NCBI GenBank assembly: GCA_947626895.1
Contig: CANQTY010000003.1
Span: 1,763 to 65,762 of the forward strand
Source: an uncultured Bacilli bacterium
GTDB taxonomy: Bacteria; Bacillota_I; Bacilli_A; RFN20; CAG-449
Reading direction: 5' to 3'
DNA: 64,000 bases
In this document: one piece after another, positions 1-11,307 of the stretch
Layout: every line of letters begins with the position of its first letter
How positions within the stretch are numbered: position 1 is the stretch's first letter
The notes under the pieces: model-generated
Databases searched by the model: none
What the model saw: only the letters and a program-made list of their open reading frames with translations
What the model was told of the DNA's origin: nothing
Made by a program: the position numbers and the translations under genes

Positions 1-1157
1 CAAGTGAAGAATGTAAATATTTAAATGAAGTAATTGGTAAAGATTTTTTAATGGAACATACGGGAAATATTGCTCTTGTTGGATTTACTGCACCAAAGCT
101 TTTATATTTAAAAAATAAAGAAAAGGAAAACTTTGCTAAAATACATAAAATCATGCTTCCTAAAGACTATTTAATCTATCGTTTGACAGGTAAATTTGTT
201 AGTGATGTTAGCGATGCATCTGGCACATTACTATTTGACGTTAAAAATCGGAAATGGTCTAAAGAAATGCTAGATATAGTTGGTATTAGTCAAAAACAAC
301 TTCCATATGTTCTTGAAAGTTGTGATTATGTTTCTACGCCTTTAAATAGCGTATCTAGCTCACTTCATTTATCTCCATCTTTAAAAGTCTTTGTTGGAGG
401 AGGAGATCAAGCGATGAATGCTTTAGGAACAGGGACGATTGATGCTCATCACCTATCCATTTCTTTAGGAACATCTGGGGTTTTATTTTTCCCATTAAAA
501 AGTTTTCCTAAGGTAAATAAAGGAAATCTTCATCTATTTTGTGATGGAAATAAAAACTATCATCAAATGGCAGTTACTTTATCTTGTGCTTTATCTTTTA
601 AATGGTGGATTGAAGATATCTTACATTCAAAAAATTATGATGAAATCTTTACTAATGCTTTAAATACACCGAAAAATGAGCTCATCTTTTTACCTTATTT
701 ATCAGGAGAAAGAAGTCCTCTTTACGAGCCTAGAATTCGCGGTCTTTTTTATGGGTTAGATAGTAATACATCTTCTTTAGATATGACTCGTGCTGTTTTA
801 GAAGGAGTAGCATTTTCTTTAAAAGATTGCTTAAATAAAGCCAAGATTAATATTAAGTCATATCATGTCCGTATTGTAGGTGGAGGAAGTAAATCAACTT
901 CATTTATCTCTTTATTAAGTAATGTTTTAGGAGTGAATATTTATACTATTAATACCTCAGAAGGAGGTGCTTTTGGTGCAGGTCTTCTTTCTTTAGTGGG
1001 TCTTCATTATTTTAATTCTATAGAAGATGCAACGAAACAATGTATTCGTGATGAAAAAGAATATCTTTATGATGAAAAAGAATATGAATATTATGAAAAT
1101 AAATTTAAAAAGTATCGAAAATATCAAAAAATGTGTTTAAAATCAATCACGGAGTAA
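1..1157 (+). CDS. FGGY-family carbohydrate kinase (xylulokinase-like), 5'-truncated at window edge
   Basis: The frame is open from nt 3. The translation has FGGY C-terminal-domain motifs (GGGDQAMNALGTG, LSISLGTSGVLF, YLSGERSP, VLEGVAFSL, IVGGGSKS). Confidence 0.7.
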   Translation, partial: SEECKYLNEVIGKDFLMEHTGNIALVGFTAPKLLYLKNKEKENFAKIHKIMLPKDYLIYRLTGKFVSDVSDASGTLLFDVKNRKWSKEMLDIVGISQKQLPYVLESCDYVSTPLNSVSSSLHLSPSLKVFVGGGDQAMNALGTGTIDAHHLSISLGTSGVLFFPLKSFPKVNKGNLHLFCDGNKNYHQMAVTLSCALSFKWWIEDILHSKNYDEIFTNALNTPKNELIFLPYLSGERSPLYEPRIRGLFYGLDSNTSSLDMTRAVLEGVAFSLKDCLNKAKINIKSYHVRIVGGGSKSTSFISLLSNVLGVNIYTINTSEGGAFGAGLLSLVGLHYFNSIEDATKQCIRDEKEYLYDEKEYEYYENKFKKYRKYQKMCLKSITE

Positions 1158-1159
1158 AC

Positions 1160-1690
1160 ATGCGTATACAAATTATTGGTCATTCAGGAAGTGGTAAATC
1201 AACTTTAGCTAAAGAAATTGCTAATGAATTTTCTTTACCTATTTTATATTTAGACACGGTTAAATATTATGGCGATTTTAAAGAACGTTCTAAAGATGAA
1301 CAAGTTCAAATTGTTTCTTCTTTTTTAAATGAACATCAAGATTGGGTGATTGATGGAAGTTATCTATCTTTATGTAAGGAAAGATTTTCTTTATGCGATG
1401 TCATTATTTATTTAAATTATAATCGCTTTTATTGTTATAGAATGTGTAAAAAAAGAATCAAATCTGGAAAAAGAAGAGAATCTTTTCCTTGCCCAGATCG
1501 TTTAGATAAAGAATTTAAACAATGGATTTTATTTAAAGGAAGAACAAGAAAAAGGAAAAAGCAATTAATGGATACATTTAATCACGCGAATGGGAAACAC
1601 TACTATTTTAAAAATCGTAGAAAATTAGAAAAGAGTAGAGAAGAACTATTTCATTTTATCAAAGGATTAAACCGCTATGAAAAAGAATGA
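1160..1690 (+). CDS. P-loop NTPase (topology-modulation/adenylate-kinase-like AAA ATPase)
   Basis: Walker A motif GHSGSGKST follows the start. A GGAG ribosome-binding site (RBS) sits at 1150. ATG 1160 is preferred over the ORF-track start at 1133. Confidence 0.55.
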   Translation: MRIQIIGHSGSGKSTLAKEIANEFSLPILYLDTVKYYGDFKERSKDEQVQIVSSFLNEHQDWVIDGSYLSLCKERFSLCDVIIYLNYNRFYCYRMCKKRIKSGKRRESFPCPDRLDKEFKQWILFKGRTRKRKKQLMDTFNHANGKHYYFKNRRKLEKSREELFHFIKGLNRYEKE

Positions 1691-2210
1691 TATTGATGAA
1701 GAGCAAGTGTTTTTTGAAATGGTAGAATTAGGGAGTGATATTCTTTTTTCTATTCCCTATCAAAAGCTCCATAGTTATACTAAACATGGAAAAACCTCAA
1801 CATTTACTCATGTAGTGATGGTTTCTTTTTTAAGTCTTCTTCGTGCAGAACGTAAAAATAAAAAAATCGATAAAAAAAGTTTAGTTCGTGGCGCATTACT
1901 TCATGATTTTTATCTATATGATTGGCATGATCCATCTCATCCTAAATTACATGGATTTCGTCACGCTAGAATCGCCTTTAAAAAGGCAAAAGAATACTAT
2001 GAAATTAATGATATTGAAGCGCAAATCATTAAACGTCATATGTTTCCCTTAACTCCCTTGATGCCTTTAAAAAAAGAAGCACTCATTGTCTGCTTACAAG
2101 ATAAAAAGTGCTCTTTAAAAGAGACAAGAAAGGCTCATCCTTATGAAAAATATGAGTCTTTACTAGATAAATTAAAAATAATGATTGAAGAAAAACTTAA
2201 GCAAAAATAG
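1677..2210 (+). CDS. HD-domain phosphohydrolase family protein
   Basis: Motifs H..H and ALLHDF are typical of small HD hydrolases. Confidence 0.5.
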   Translation: MKKNDIDEEQVFFEMVELGSDILFSIPYQKLHSYTKHGKTSTFTHVVMVSFLSLLRAERKNKKIDKKSLVRGALLHDFYLYDWHDPSHPKLHGFRHARIAFKKAKEYYEINDIEAQIIKRHMFPLTPLMPLKKEALIVCLQDKKCSLKETRKAHPYEKYESLLDKLKIMIEEKLKQK

Positions 2211-3102
2211 ATTCCTCAAGTCCTGGTATATCAATAAATGGATTGCGATTATTTTGGTATTTATATACTTCATTATTGCGCTTAATTTCTTTTTCGGAAA
2301 CTGGGTCATTTTTTGACCATTTTAAGAAAAGATTTTTAGCATATGTCGTTAACGTGCTAATAGTTCCATCTTTTTCAAATACAACTTTTGCTTCTGATGT
2401 TTGAGTAATGTTTTCTTTTTCATAACATGTAACAAAATAGAAATAACTTCTAGCAAAATCGCCCTTATATTCATCAATTGGTTCAAATACTGTTCCAGTA
2501 TATCCTGAAAATGTACATGAACCTAATTTGCTACCGTTGTTAAATTTTTTAGGTCCGTTAGTTTCACCATATGGATAATTACCTCGTTCATTATTAACAT
2601 ATTTGTCCGTAGGATAAAGATGAAATAAATCAGAATACATGGGGGAAGATTCAGCCTTTTTTCCTCCAAACCAAGAATTTGGGATGGAGTGTTCACGATT
2701 ATAATATTCTCCTTCTTTTGTACCACCTGTACCAGGATCTTTATCTACATCAAATTCGAAATCTGCTAAACTATACATATCGTAAACTTTACCATCTTCT
2801 CTAACATCGGTTGTTTTAAATGCATTCAATAAAGCACTATAGCCAATGTTTTTATGCTTTACTAAGAGTGTAGAAAGTTGTGTTTTTAATTCTTTTCCAG
2901 TTTTACTAAATTGAATACTTTCATAATATTTAGCCACATTTTCATCAATTCCACTGATGGGTGATTCGCTATTTTCCTGTGAATTACTATCTACAATTGT
3001 ATTTTCACTAGAATTATTTACTGAATTATCAGGTGTTTTATTATTTGAACACCCCATCAATAGTAAAAATAAGGCACTTAATACGATAATCTTCTTTTTC
3101 AT
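2197..3102 (-). CDS. Extracellular endonuclease I family nuclease, lipoprotein
   Basis: Signal peptide with lipobox LLMGCS. Endonuclease_1-like motifs NREHSIPNSW, DLFHLYP and RNPFIDIPG are present. An AAGGAG RBS is present. The start overlaps the upstream gene's stop as ATGA. Confidence 0.6.
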   Translation of the reverse strand: MKKKIIVLSALFLLLMGCSNNKTPDNSVNNSSENTIVDSNSQENSESPISGIDENVAKYYESIQFSKTGKELKTQLSTLLVKHKNIGYSALLNAFKTTDVREDGKVYDMYSLADFEFDVDKDPGTGGTKEGEYYNREHSIPNSWFGGKKAESSPMYSDLFHLYPTDKYVNNERGNYPYGETNGPKKFNNGSKLGSCTFSGYTGTVFEPIDEYKGDFARSYFYFVTCYEKENITQTSEAKVVFEKDGTISTLTTYAKNLFLKWSKNDPVSEKEIKRNNEVYKYQNNRNPFIDIPGLEESIFA

Positions 3103-4205
3103 TTTGCTTCACTCCTTTGCTTATATTTCTTTTTAGATTTAATCCAACAGGTTCTACATCTTTTAAGAATTCTTTTTAATAATGCTTTATCAGATTTTTT
3201 AAGTTTTTTATAACGTTTCCATGCTCCACGGGCAAATTTAATTGGATTTTTCATAATCCAATCCATGGTGACATTTTCTTCAATTCCTAATACATGGAAT
3301 AAAGTATCAGAGAAACGAATTAAAGTTTCTTTATCTGTTTTTGCAAGGATATCTTTTAAGGTAATATCTAAGATTTCTGCACGCGAGGTCATTTGTTTAA
3401 CAAGTTGGAATTTTCCTTCTTTAGAAATTTTCCAAAAGAAAGGACTATGTTGAATAATACTAATTCCTTTACATTTAACAATGGCATTCGCATCACTATG
3501 ATTTAAAAGAACTCCAACAACATCATCACGAGGAACAGATTTATGGGTCTTACTTTGAATATTTTTAAATAATGGGGATTCAAAAATACTTTGATAAAAT
3601 CCAGGACCATCATGGTTATAAATCTTTATAATTCGATCTTGTAAATCTCCAGCAGTATAAGCAGCATAATAAGCTAAATTACCACCTTTAGAATGACCAC
3701 CTAAATAGATAGGTAAATTATTTAATTTTGCTACTTCACTTAAATAATGATCTGCTTCTTCTTGAGCGGGAATTTCATTAAATATAGCTAAATTAAAGTC
3801 TTCTTTCCATCCTAATAAAGTCGTATCCGTTCCTCGATAAGCGACATACATAAAAGAAGGGAAGATAAAGGAAACCGCGGCAAATTGTTGGACTTTAGAA
3901 ACAATCATGTGGTCTCTAAAATAGCCAATTTTCATATCTTTATATCGACTAGATTTAGCTAAAGCTTTTAATAATTTGCGATTTCTTTTTTCATCTAAAG
4001 TATCTTTACTTAAAGATGCAATATTTTCTTCTTTAAATAATTCATAAAATCCAATGGGAGTTTTTTTATCAATTAGATGACCAACATGAGAATCAAGATT
4101 TAAATAGGATATTTGACATAAAATCAAACTATCCACCTCATTAAAAGGAAATTCTTCAAGGGATTTCTTTCCAAAATGGTTCACATAATAAATAATGGAT
4201 TTCAT
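3099..4205 (-). CDS. DUF2974/Mbeg1-like alpha/beta hydrolase (lipase-like)
   Basis: Nucleophile elbow GGHSKGGNLA and overall Mbeg1-like layout. Appears translationally coupled to the downstream nuclease gene. Confidence 0.55.
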   Translation of the reverse strand: MKSIIYYVNHFGKKSLEEFPFNEVDSLILCQISYLNLDSHVGHLIDKKTPIGFYELFKEENIASLSKDTLDEKRNRKLLKALAKSSRYKDMKIGYFRDHMIVSKVQQFAAVSFIFPSFMYVAYRGTDTTLLGWKEDFNLAIFNEIPAQEEADHYLSEVAKLNNLPIYLGGHSKGGNLAYYAAYTAGDLQDRIIKIYNHDGPGFYQSIFESPLFKNIQSKTHKSVPRDDVVGVLLNHSDANAIVKCKGISIIQHSPFFWKISKEGKFQLVKQMTSRAEILDITLKDILAKTDKETLIRFSDTLFHVLGIEENVTMDWIMKNPIKFARGAWKRYKKLKKSDKALLKRILKRCRTCWIKSKKKYKQRSEAK

Positions 4206-4373
4206 AATTACCTCGTAAAATTATTTTATCATAGATTTGTAGATTTGGGAATAATTAAAAAATCCCTAAAATCGGCTTATAATCTTTCTTGCTTTCATCT
4301 TATTAATAGGTTTATTTATTTACTTTTTAAAAAAAATTTGCTACCCTAAGAAAGTAACAAAAAGAGGAAATGT

Positions 4374-5324
4374 ATGAAAGAACATAAAGCCATTAAAATT
4401 ATTAGTCGTATCTTATTAATTATTCCCTTAGCGTTAAGTGGAATCTTTGTATTACTTTTTGGCTCATTAAATGCCATGAAATATGTCTATTACAATAGTT
4501 ATTATCGTGTAAGACAAGAATTATGTTTAAATCCAGGTTTAAATGATGGATTTATTCCTCAAGGAATCACTTATGATGAAGAAAATGATTGTATCTTAAC
4601 TTCAGGATATATGAATGATAAAAGTGCTTCAAGAATCTATGTTACTGATTTTAATAATAATTCTCATTATGTTGAATTAACTAGAGATGATAAAAAGTTT
4701 ACTGGTCATATAGGAGGTATTGCCTCAACTGGTGATACTTTATACATCGCTAATGGTAGCAAAGTTCATGTTATAGATATCAACTATATATCTAATTCAA
4801 GTCCTAAAAGGAAAGTAGATATTGGAGATGGTTATGATGTAAATAACGCGGCATCTTTTATTTTTTGTGATGATACCGATGTCTATGTCGGAGAATTCCA
4901 TAATGGAAAAGAATACCAAACAGATCATCCATATAAAACAAAAGAAGGTATGCATTATGCAATTATTACTGCCTATGCTAAAGATGATTTAACAAAACCT
5001 TTAAGGGTGTATTCAATTCGAGATAAGGTTCAAGGATTCTGCATTTTAAATAATTATATGATTTTATCAACATCTTATGGTTTAGCAGATTCTGTATTTT
5101 ATGCTTATAATAAAAATGAAATCACAAAATCTGAATATACTTTAGATGGCGCGCCTGTATATTTTCTAGAAGATTATTATGGTTATATTAAAGCTCCAGC
5201 AATGATGGAAGATTTAGATGTATATGATGATCGAGTAATTACTCTTACAGAAAGTGCTTGCGATAAATATATCTTTGGTAAATTCTTCTTCTCAGATAAA
5301 ATTGTCGCTCTTGATATCGGTTAA
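4374..5324 (+). CDS. Hypothetical N-terminally membrane-anchored protein
   Basis: N-terminal transmembrane (TM) helix ILLIIPLALSGIFVLLFG followed by a 290-aa domain I do not recognise. Confidence 0.45.
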   Translation: MKEHKAIKIISRILLIIPLALSGIFVLLFGSLNAMKYVYYNSYYRVRQELCLNPGLNDGFIPQGITYDEENDCILTSGYMNDKSASRIYVTDFNNNSHYVELTRDDKKFTGHIGGIASTGDTLYIANGSKVHVIDINYISNSSPKRKVDIGDGYDVNNAASFIFCDDTDVYVGEFHNGKEYQTDHPYKTKEGMHYAIITAYAKDDLTKPLRVYSIRDKVQGFCILNNYMILSTSYGLADSVFYAYNKNEITKSEYTLDGAPVYFLEDYYGYIKAPAMMEDLDVYDDRVITLTESACDKYIFGKFFFSDKIVALDIG

Positions 5325-5631
5325 AAATCTCAAATATATAAAACGTATCAAAAAACATTTTTTTGATAAATAAAATTATCTTTCATTTTCTTTTATTCTA
5401 AATATAAAAAAAAGTCAAAAAAACATAGAAAATGTCAATTAAGAAAGATTTGTTAAATCATTTAAAAAAACTAATTTTTTTAATACGAAACTATCAATTC
5501 TACTATCCGTAGAGAAAAAAATCGATTTGTAGAGACATTCTAAAATAAATGGAATATGACTTATTGAAATTTATGTTTTTACGTGCTAAATTGAAATTGC
5601 TTTTTAAGAATTTATTTTTTAAGGAGGAGCT

Positions 5632-6480
5632 ATGGAAACAAAGATTTTGGTAGATACTGCCGCGGATTTAAGCGAAGAAGAATATAGACAATATGGTTTT
5701 ATCAAGTTTAACTTACCTGTTTTATTTGATGGTGAAGAATATTCTGATATGTCTAATGAAGAATTTTGGCATCGTCTTGAAGAAGGTCAAGTTCCTAAAA
5801 CCTCTCAAGCTTCACCAGAATTATTTCGGGAAGAATTTGAAAAAGCTAAAGAAAATAATTATGCCTTGCTTTGCATTTTGATTTCCTCGAATTTTTCAGG
5901 AACTTACCAAAGTGCTCTAAGAATAAAAGAAGAAGTTGGATACGAACATATTTATATCGTCGATTCTTTATGTGCCTCAGTAGCGGAAAAGACCTTAGCG
6001 CTTAAAGCTTTAGAATATGTTCAACTTGGTTTAGATCCTAAAGATATCGTTCCAAAATTAGATGAATTTAAGCATCATATCCGTCTATTTGCCTGCTTAG
6101 ATACCTTAAAATATCTTGCCCTTGGAGGAAGAATTTCTGTTACTCTTGCAACACTTGGTAATCTCTTAAAACTTCGTCCTATTTTTACTTTTACTGATGA
6201 TGGAAAAATTAAAATTTTAGGAAAAGCCATTGGTCTAAATATGGCTTTTGGAAAAATGATGAATTTAATTAAAAATGAAAAGATTGATAATCAATATCCG
6301 ATTTATCCAATCTATGCAGATAAAGATATAAATATAAGAAAATTTGTAGAAAAAATGGGAAAAGAAGGATATTCTATTGAAGAGAAGAATATCATGGGCA
6401 TTGGTTCTACAATTGGCACTCATATGGGTCCTGGAGGTTTTGGAATCGTCTATGTTCTTCAAAATCCAAAGGATGAGTGA
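5632..6480 (+). CDS. DegV family fatty-acid-binding protein
   Basis: Hallmark SNFSGTYQSA and overall DegV/EDD fold pattern. RBS AAGGAGG is upstream. Confidence 0.85.
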   Translation: METKILVDTAADLSEEEYRQYGFIKFNLPVLFDGEEYSDMSNEEFWHRLEEGQVPKTSQASPELFREEFEKAKENNYALLCILISSNFSGTYQSALRIKEEVGYEHIYIVDSLCASVAEKTLALKALEYVQLGLDPKDIVPKLDEFKHHIRLFACLDTLKYLALGGRISVTLATLGNLLKLRPIFTFTDDGKIKILGKAIGLNMAFGKMMNLIKNEKIDNQYPIYPIYADKDINIRKFVEKMGKEGYSIEEKNIMGIGSTIGTHMGPGGFGIVYVLQNPKDE

Positions 6481-6485
6481 AAGGT

Positions 6486-7196
6486 ATGTTAAAGGCAATA
6501 TTTTTTGATTTAGATGGAACATTATTACCCCTGAATGAAGAGGAATTTACAAAATATTATTTTTCTTTATTAACAAAAAAAGCTAAACCCTATGGTTATG
6601 ATAGTGAGAAACTAATTGATACCATTTGGAAAGGCACTTATTTGATGTATCAAAATGATGGTAAAAAGACGAACGAAGAAGTCTTTTGGGATTATTTTGC
6701 TTCTGTATTCGGCAAAGAATCTTTAAATGATAAAGTCATTTTTGATGATTTTTATGTCAATGAATTTAAAGGTGCAAAAGCGTGCTGTAAAGAGAATCCT
6801 TTAGCAAAAAAAATCGTCTCTTTCTGTTATGAAAATCATCTTCTTCCATTTTTAACTACAAATCCAATTTTCCCTCGCGCGGGGCAAAGCACGAGAATGT
6901 CATTTTTAGGCTTAAAAGAAGAAGATTTTAAATATGTTTCGTATTATGAAAATTCATCTTATTGTAAACCAAATCCTATGTATTTTTTGGATATTTTAAA
7001 TAAATTTAATCTAAAACCAGAAGAAGTTATCGTCTTTGGAAATAATACTTATGAAGATGGAGAATGTGCCTTAAAGGCCAATATTAAATGTTATTTAGTC
7101 AAAGGATTTATTATTTATTCCCCGAAGGCAAAAAATACTTTTGAAGAAATCACAATGGAAGAAATCATTCCTACAATTTTAAAACATTTAGGATAA
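6486..7196 (+). CDS. HAD-superfamily hydrolase
   Basis: N-terminal FFDLDGTL motif. The ATG at 6486 is preferred over the GTG at 6477, which overlaps the degV stop. Confidence 0.7.
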   Translation: MLKAIFFDLDGTLLPLNEEEFTKYYFSLLTKKAKPYGYDSEKLIDTIWKGTYLMYQNDGKKTNEEVFWDYFASVFGKESLNDKVIFDDFYVNEFKGAKACCKENPLAKKIVSFCYENHLLPFLTTNPIFPRAGQSTRMSFLGLKEEDFKYVSYYENSSYCKPNPMYFLDILNKFNLKPEEVIVFGNNTYEDGECALKANIKCYLVKGFIIYSPKAKNTFEEITMEEIIPTILKHLG

Positions 7197-7201
7197 ACAA
7201 A

Positions 7202-7969
7202 ATGAAACAAGTTGCTTTAATTACTGGGGCATCATCAGGAATTGGAAAAGATCTTGCAAAAATTTTAGCTTCAAATCAATATGATTTAATTTTAACAGGA
7301 AGAAATAAAGATGCTCTTCTTTCACTAAAAGAAGAATTAAAAGAGCATGTTTTAGCTATTTTTATTCACGATTTAAGTAAAGAAGAAGAATGTCATAAAC
7401 TCTTTATTGAAACAAAGCCTTATGAAATCACCTGTTTAATTAATAATGCAGGATTTGGAGTTTTTGGGGAATTTATTTCCACGTCGATGGATAAAGAAAT
7501 CAATATGATTAAAACCAATATCATTGCTCCCCAAATACTAACAAAACTTTTCTTAAAAGATTTTGATGAAAGAAAAATTGCAGGTAGTATTGTAAATGTT
7601 TGTTCAGTAGCTGCCTTTTATGCAGGGCCCTTAATGGCAGGATATTACGCTTCAAAAAGTTATCTATATCGTTTAACCTTAGCGCTTCAAGTTGAAGAAA
7701 AGAAAAGAAAATCGAAAATCCATCTGATGGCAGTATGTCCAGGACCAGTTAAAACTAGTTTTCAAGAAACCGCGAATGTCCATTTTGTAAGTCATGCAGT
7801 TTCTAGTGAATATATTGCTAAAAAAATCTATCAAGGATTAAAAAAGAAAAAGAAAATCGTTATTCCTACTTTCTTAATGAAATGTGGTAAATTCTTTTCT
7901 CACTTTGTCTCTGATAAAATGATTGCAAAAATTGCCTATAACTTTCAAAAGAAAAAAGATTCAAAATAA
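7202..7969 (+). CDS. Short-chain dehydrogenase/reductase (SDR) oxidoreductase
   Basis: TGASSGIG Rossmann motif, NNAG and YxxxK catalytic motifs. Confidence 0.85.
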   Translation: MKQVALITGASSGIGKDLAKILASNQYDLILTGRNKDALLSLKEELKEHVLAIFIHDLSKEEECHKLFIETKPYEITCLINNAGFGVFGEFISTSMDKEINMIKTNIIAPQILTKLFLKDFDERKIAGSIVNVCSVAAFYAGPLMAGYYASKSYLYRLTLALQVEEKKRKSKIHLMAVCPGPVKTSFQETANVHFVSHAVSSEYIAKKIYQGLKKKKKIVIPTFLMKCGKFFSHFVSDKMIAKIAYNFQKKKDSK

Positions 7970-8044
7970 ATTTTTGTCTTTTTTTGTCGAAAAATGTCGA
8001 TAAATAAAGCGTTTTAAAATTGATTAAAAATGAAAATAATAAAT

Positions 8045-8071
8045 TTAGCACTCTAATGTTGACATTGCTAA
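8045..8071 (+). promoter_or_regulatory. Degenerate CIRCE (HrcA operator) overlapping the groES promoter
   Basis: TTAGCACTC-N9-CATTGCTAA versus consensus TTAGCACTC-N9-GAGTGCTAA (7/9 in the second arm). It overlaps the -35 TTGACA (8059-8064). The -10 TACAAT is at 8081-8086. Confidence 0.55.
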
Positions 8072-8111
8072 AAAAAGGACTACAATGGTAAATGTTCAAA
8101 GGAGGTTTATT

Positions 8112-10027
<1,916 letters not shown>

Positions 10028-10037
10028 TAAAAGTTAC

Positions 10038-10067
10038 AAAGCAATGTGATGAACATTGCTTTTTTTA
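10038..10067 (+). terminator. Rho-independent terminator after groEL
   Basis: Stem AAAGCAATG/CATTGCTTT followed by a T6 run. Confidence 0.6.
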
Positions 10068-10103
10068 AGCAAAATAAATTAAAATAATAAAGAGGTGAAG
10101 AAT

Positions 10104-10937
10104 ATGAAAATAGGTGTTCGATTACATGATTTTGGTAAATCAAATCCAGTTGATTTAGCTAAAAAAGCTAAAGATATGGGCTTTGATGGAGTTCAATTAG
10201 TGATTAATAAAGCTTTTGAAAATCAATCAGGGATGGCTCACACAATGGATGATGAATTATTAACATCTTTTGCTAAACCATTTTTTGATCAAAATCTCGA
10301 TGTAGCGCTTTTAGGATCTTATTTTAACCCTGTTCATAGCGACAAGAAAAAGGTTAACGATTTTGTTTTAAAATTTAAAGATCATCTTCGTTTTGCCCAT
10401 ATTTTTAATTGCCCATTTGTAGGAACAGAGACAGGTTCATTTAATGATGATTCATGGACATATAATCCCTTAAATCGCACAGAAGACGCATATAATGAAG
10501 TAAAAACAATCTTTAGTGATATCTTAAAAGTGGCTTTTCAAAATAAGACCTATATGGCGGTAGAAGGTGCCTATGGACATTGCATGTATTGTCCTAAGCA
10601 ATTAAGAAGATTATACGATGATATTAATAATGGATATTTAAAGATTATTGTCGATGTATATAATTATTTATCTATCGATAATTATCAAAATCATGTTGAT
10701 ATTTTAAAAGAATGCTTAGAGCTATTTCCAAATGAAATTGTGATTTTTCACTTAAAAGATTTTATTGTTGAACAAGGAAAACTCGTGCAAGTAGGCCTAG
10801 GAAAAGGTATAATGAGATGGGACATCATGTTACCTTTAATGGAGAAATCATGTCCACATGCTTACCTTATTTTTGAAGGAGTTAAAAAAGAGGATATGGC
10901 TTCCTCATTAGAATACGTTCATTCGATATTAAAATAG
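10104..10937 (+). CDS. Sugar-phosphate isomerase/epimerase (xylose-isomerase-like TIM barrel)
   Basis: IGVRLHDFG...GFDGVQL N-terminus is typical of AP-endonuclease 2 / TIM-barrel family. AGAGG RBS. ATG 10104 is preferred over GTG 10095. Confidence 0.55.
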   Translation: MKIGVRLHDFGKSNPVDLAKKAKDMGFDGVQLVINKAFENQSGMAHTMDDELLTSFAKPFFDQNLDVALLGSYFNPVHSDKKKVNDFVLKFKDHLRFAHIFNCPFVGTETGSFNDDSWTYNPLNRTEDAYNEVKTIFSDILKVAFQNKTYMAVEGAYGHCMYCPKQLRRLYDDINNGYLKIIVDVYNYLSIDNYQNHVDILKECLELFPNEIVIFHLKDFIVEQGKLVQVGLGKGIMRWDIMLPLMEKSCPHAYLIFEGVKKEDMASSLEYVHSILK

Positions 10938-10948
10938 GAGAATTTATT

Positions 10949-11284
10949 ATGTCAAAGAAGAAGATTATTGGTATTTCTTTACTAGCAGTCGCTGCTATAA
11001 TTGTTTTAGTTGTCGCAATTCTAAGATGGTGTGATGTAAGAATTTTTTATGATTTAATTAATAGACTTGAAGATTTGATGGTCGCATTTTTTATCACATT
11101 ACCCATTACCATTTTTTTCATCGTCGCTGGAATTATTTTGCTTGTGAAAGGTAGTAAAAAAGATGTACCTCAAAATAATCATGTGGTAAATGATAATACC
11201 CCAAAAAAGATATGTCCATCTTGTAATACCCCAAATGAAATGCAAGCTCAATACTGCAAAAAATGTGGAAATAAATTAAATTAA
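10949..11284 (+). CDS. Small membrane protein with C-terminal zinc-ribbon
   Basis: Two TM helices, then CPSCNTP...CKKCGNKL (CxxC-x13-CxxC). Confidence 0.5.
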   Translation: MSKKKIIGISLLAVAAIIVLVVAILRWCDVRIFYDLINRLEDLMVAFFITLPITIFFIVAGIILLVKGSKKDVPQNNHVVNDNTPKKICPSCNTPNEMQAQYCKKCGNKLN

Positions 11285-11307
11285 GAAAGATCAATTAAAG
11301 TTAAAAA

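Noticed and set aside
2523-2726. Overlapping ORF inside the endonuclease I gene. Similar small ORFs occur at 3265, 5693, 6265, 7866, 8670, 9781, 13192, 17816, 18138, 18474, 19954, 20350, 20690, 22775, 23315, 23754, 23902, 24375, 24699, 28833, 30904, 35475, 40813 and 43961.
   Set aside because: Each is embedded in, or antisense to, a well-supported longer CDS, with no RBS and a compositionally biased translation.
6477-6485. GTG start for the HAD gene, overlapping the degV stop. Similar upstream starts occur at 8085 (groES) and 10095 (isomerase).
   Set aside because: Downstream ATG codons are correctly spaced after Shine-Dalgarno sequences. The 8085 start would sit inside the groES promoter -10.
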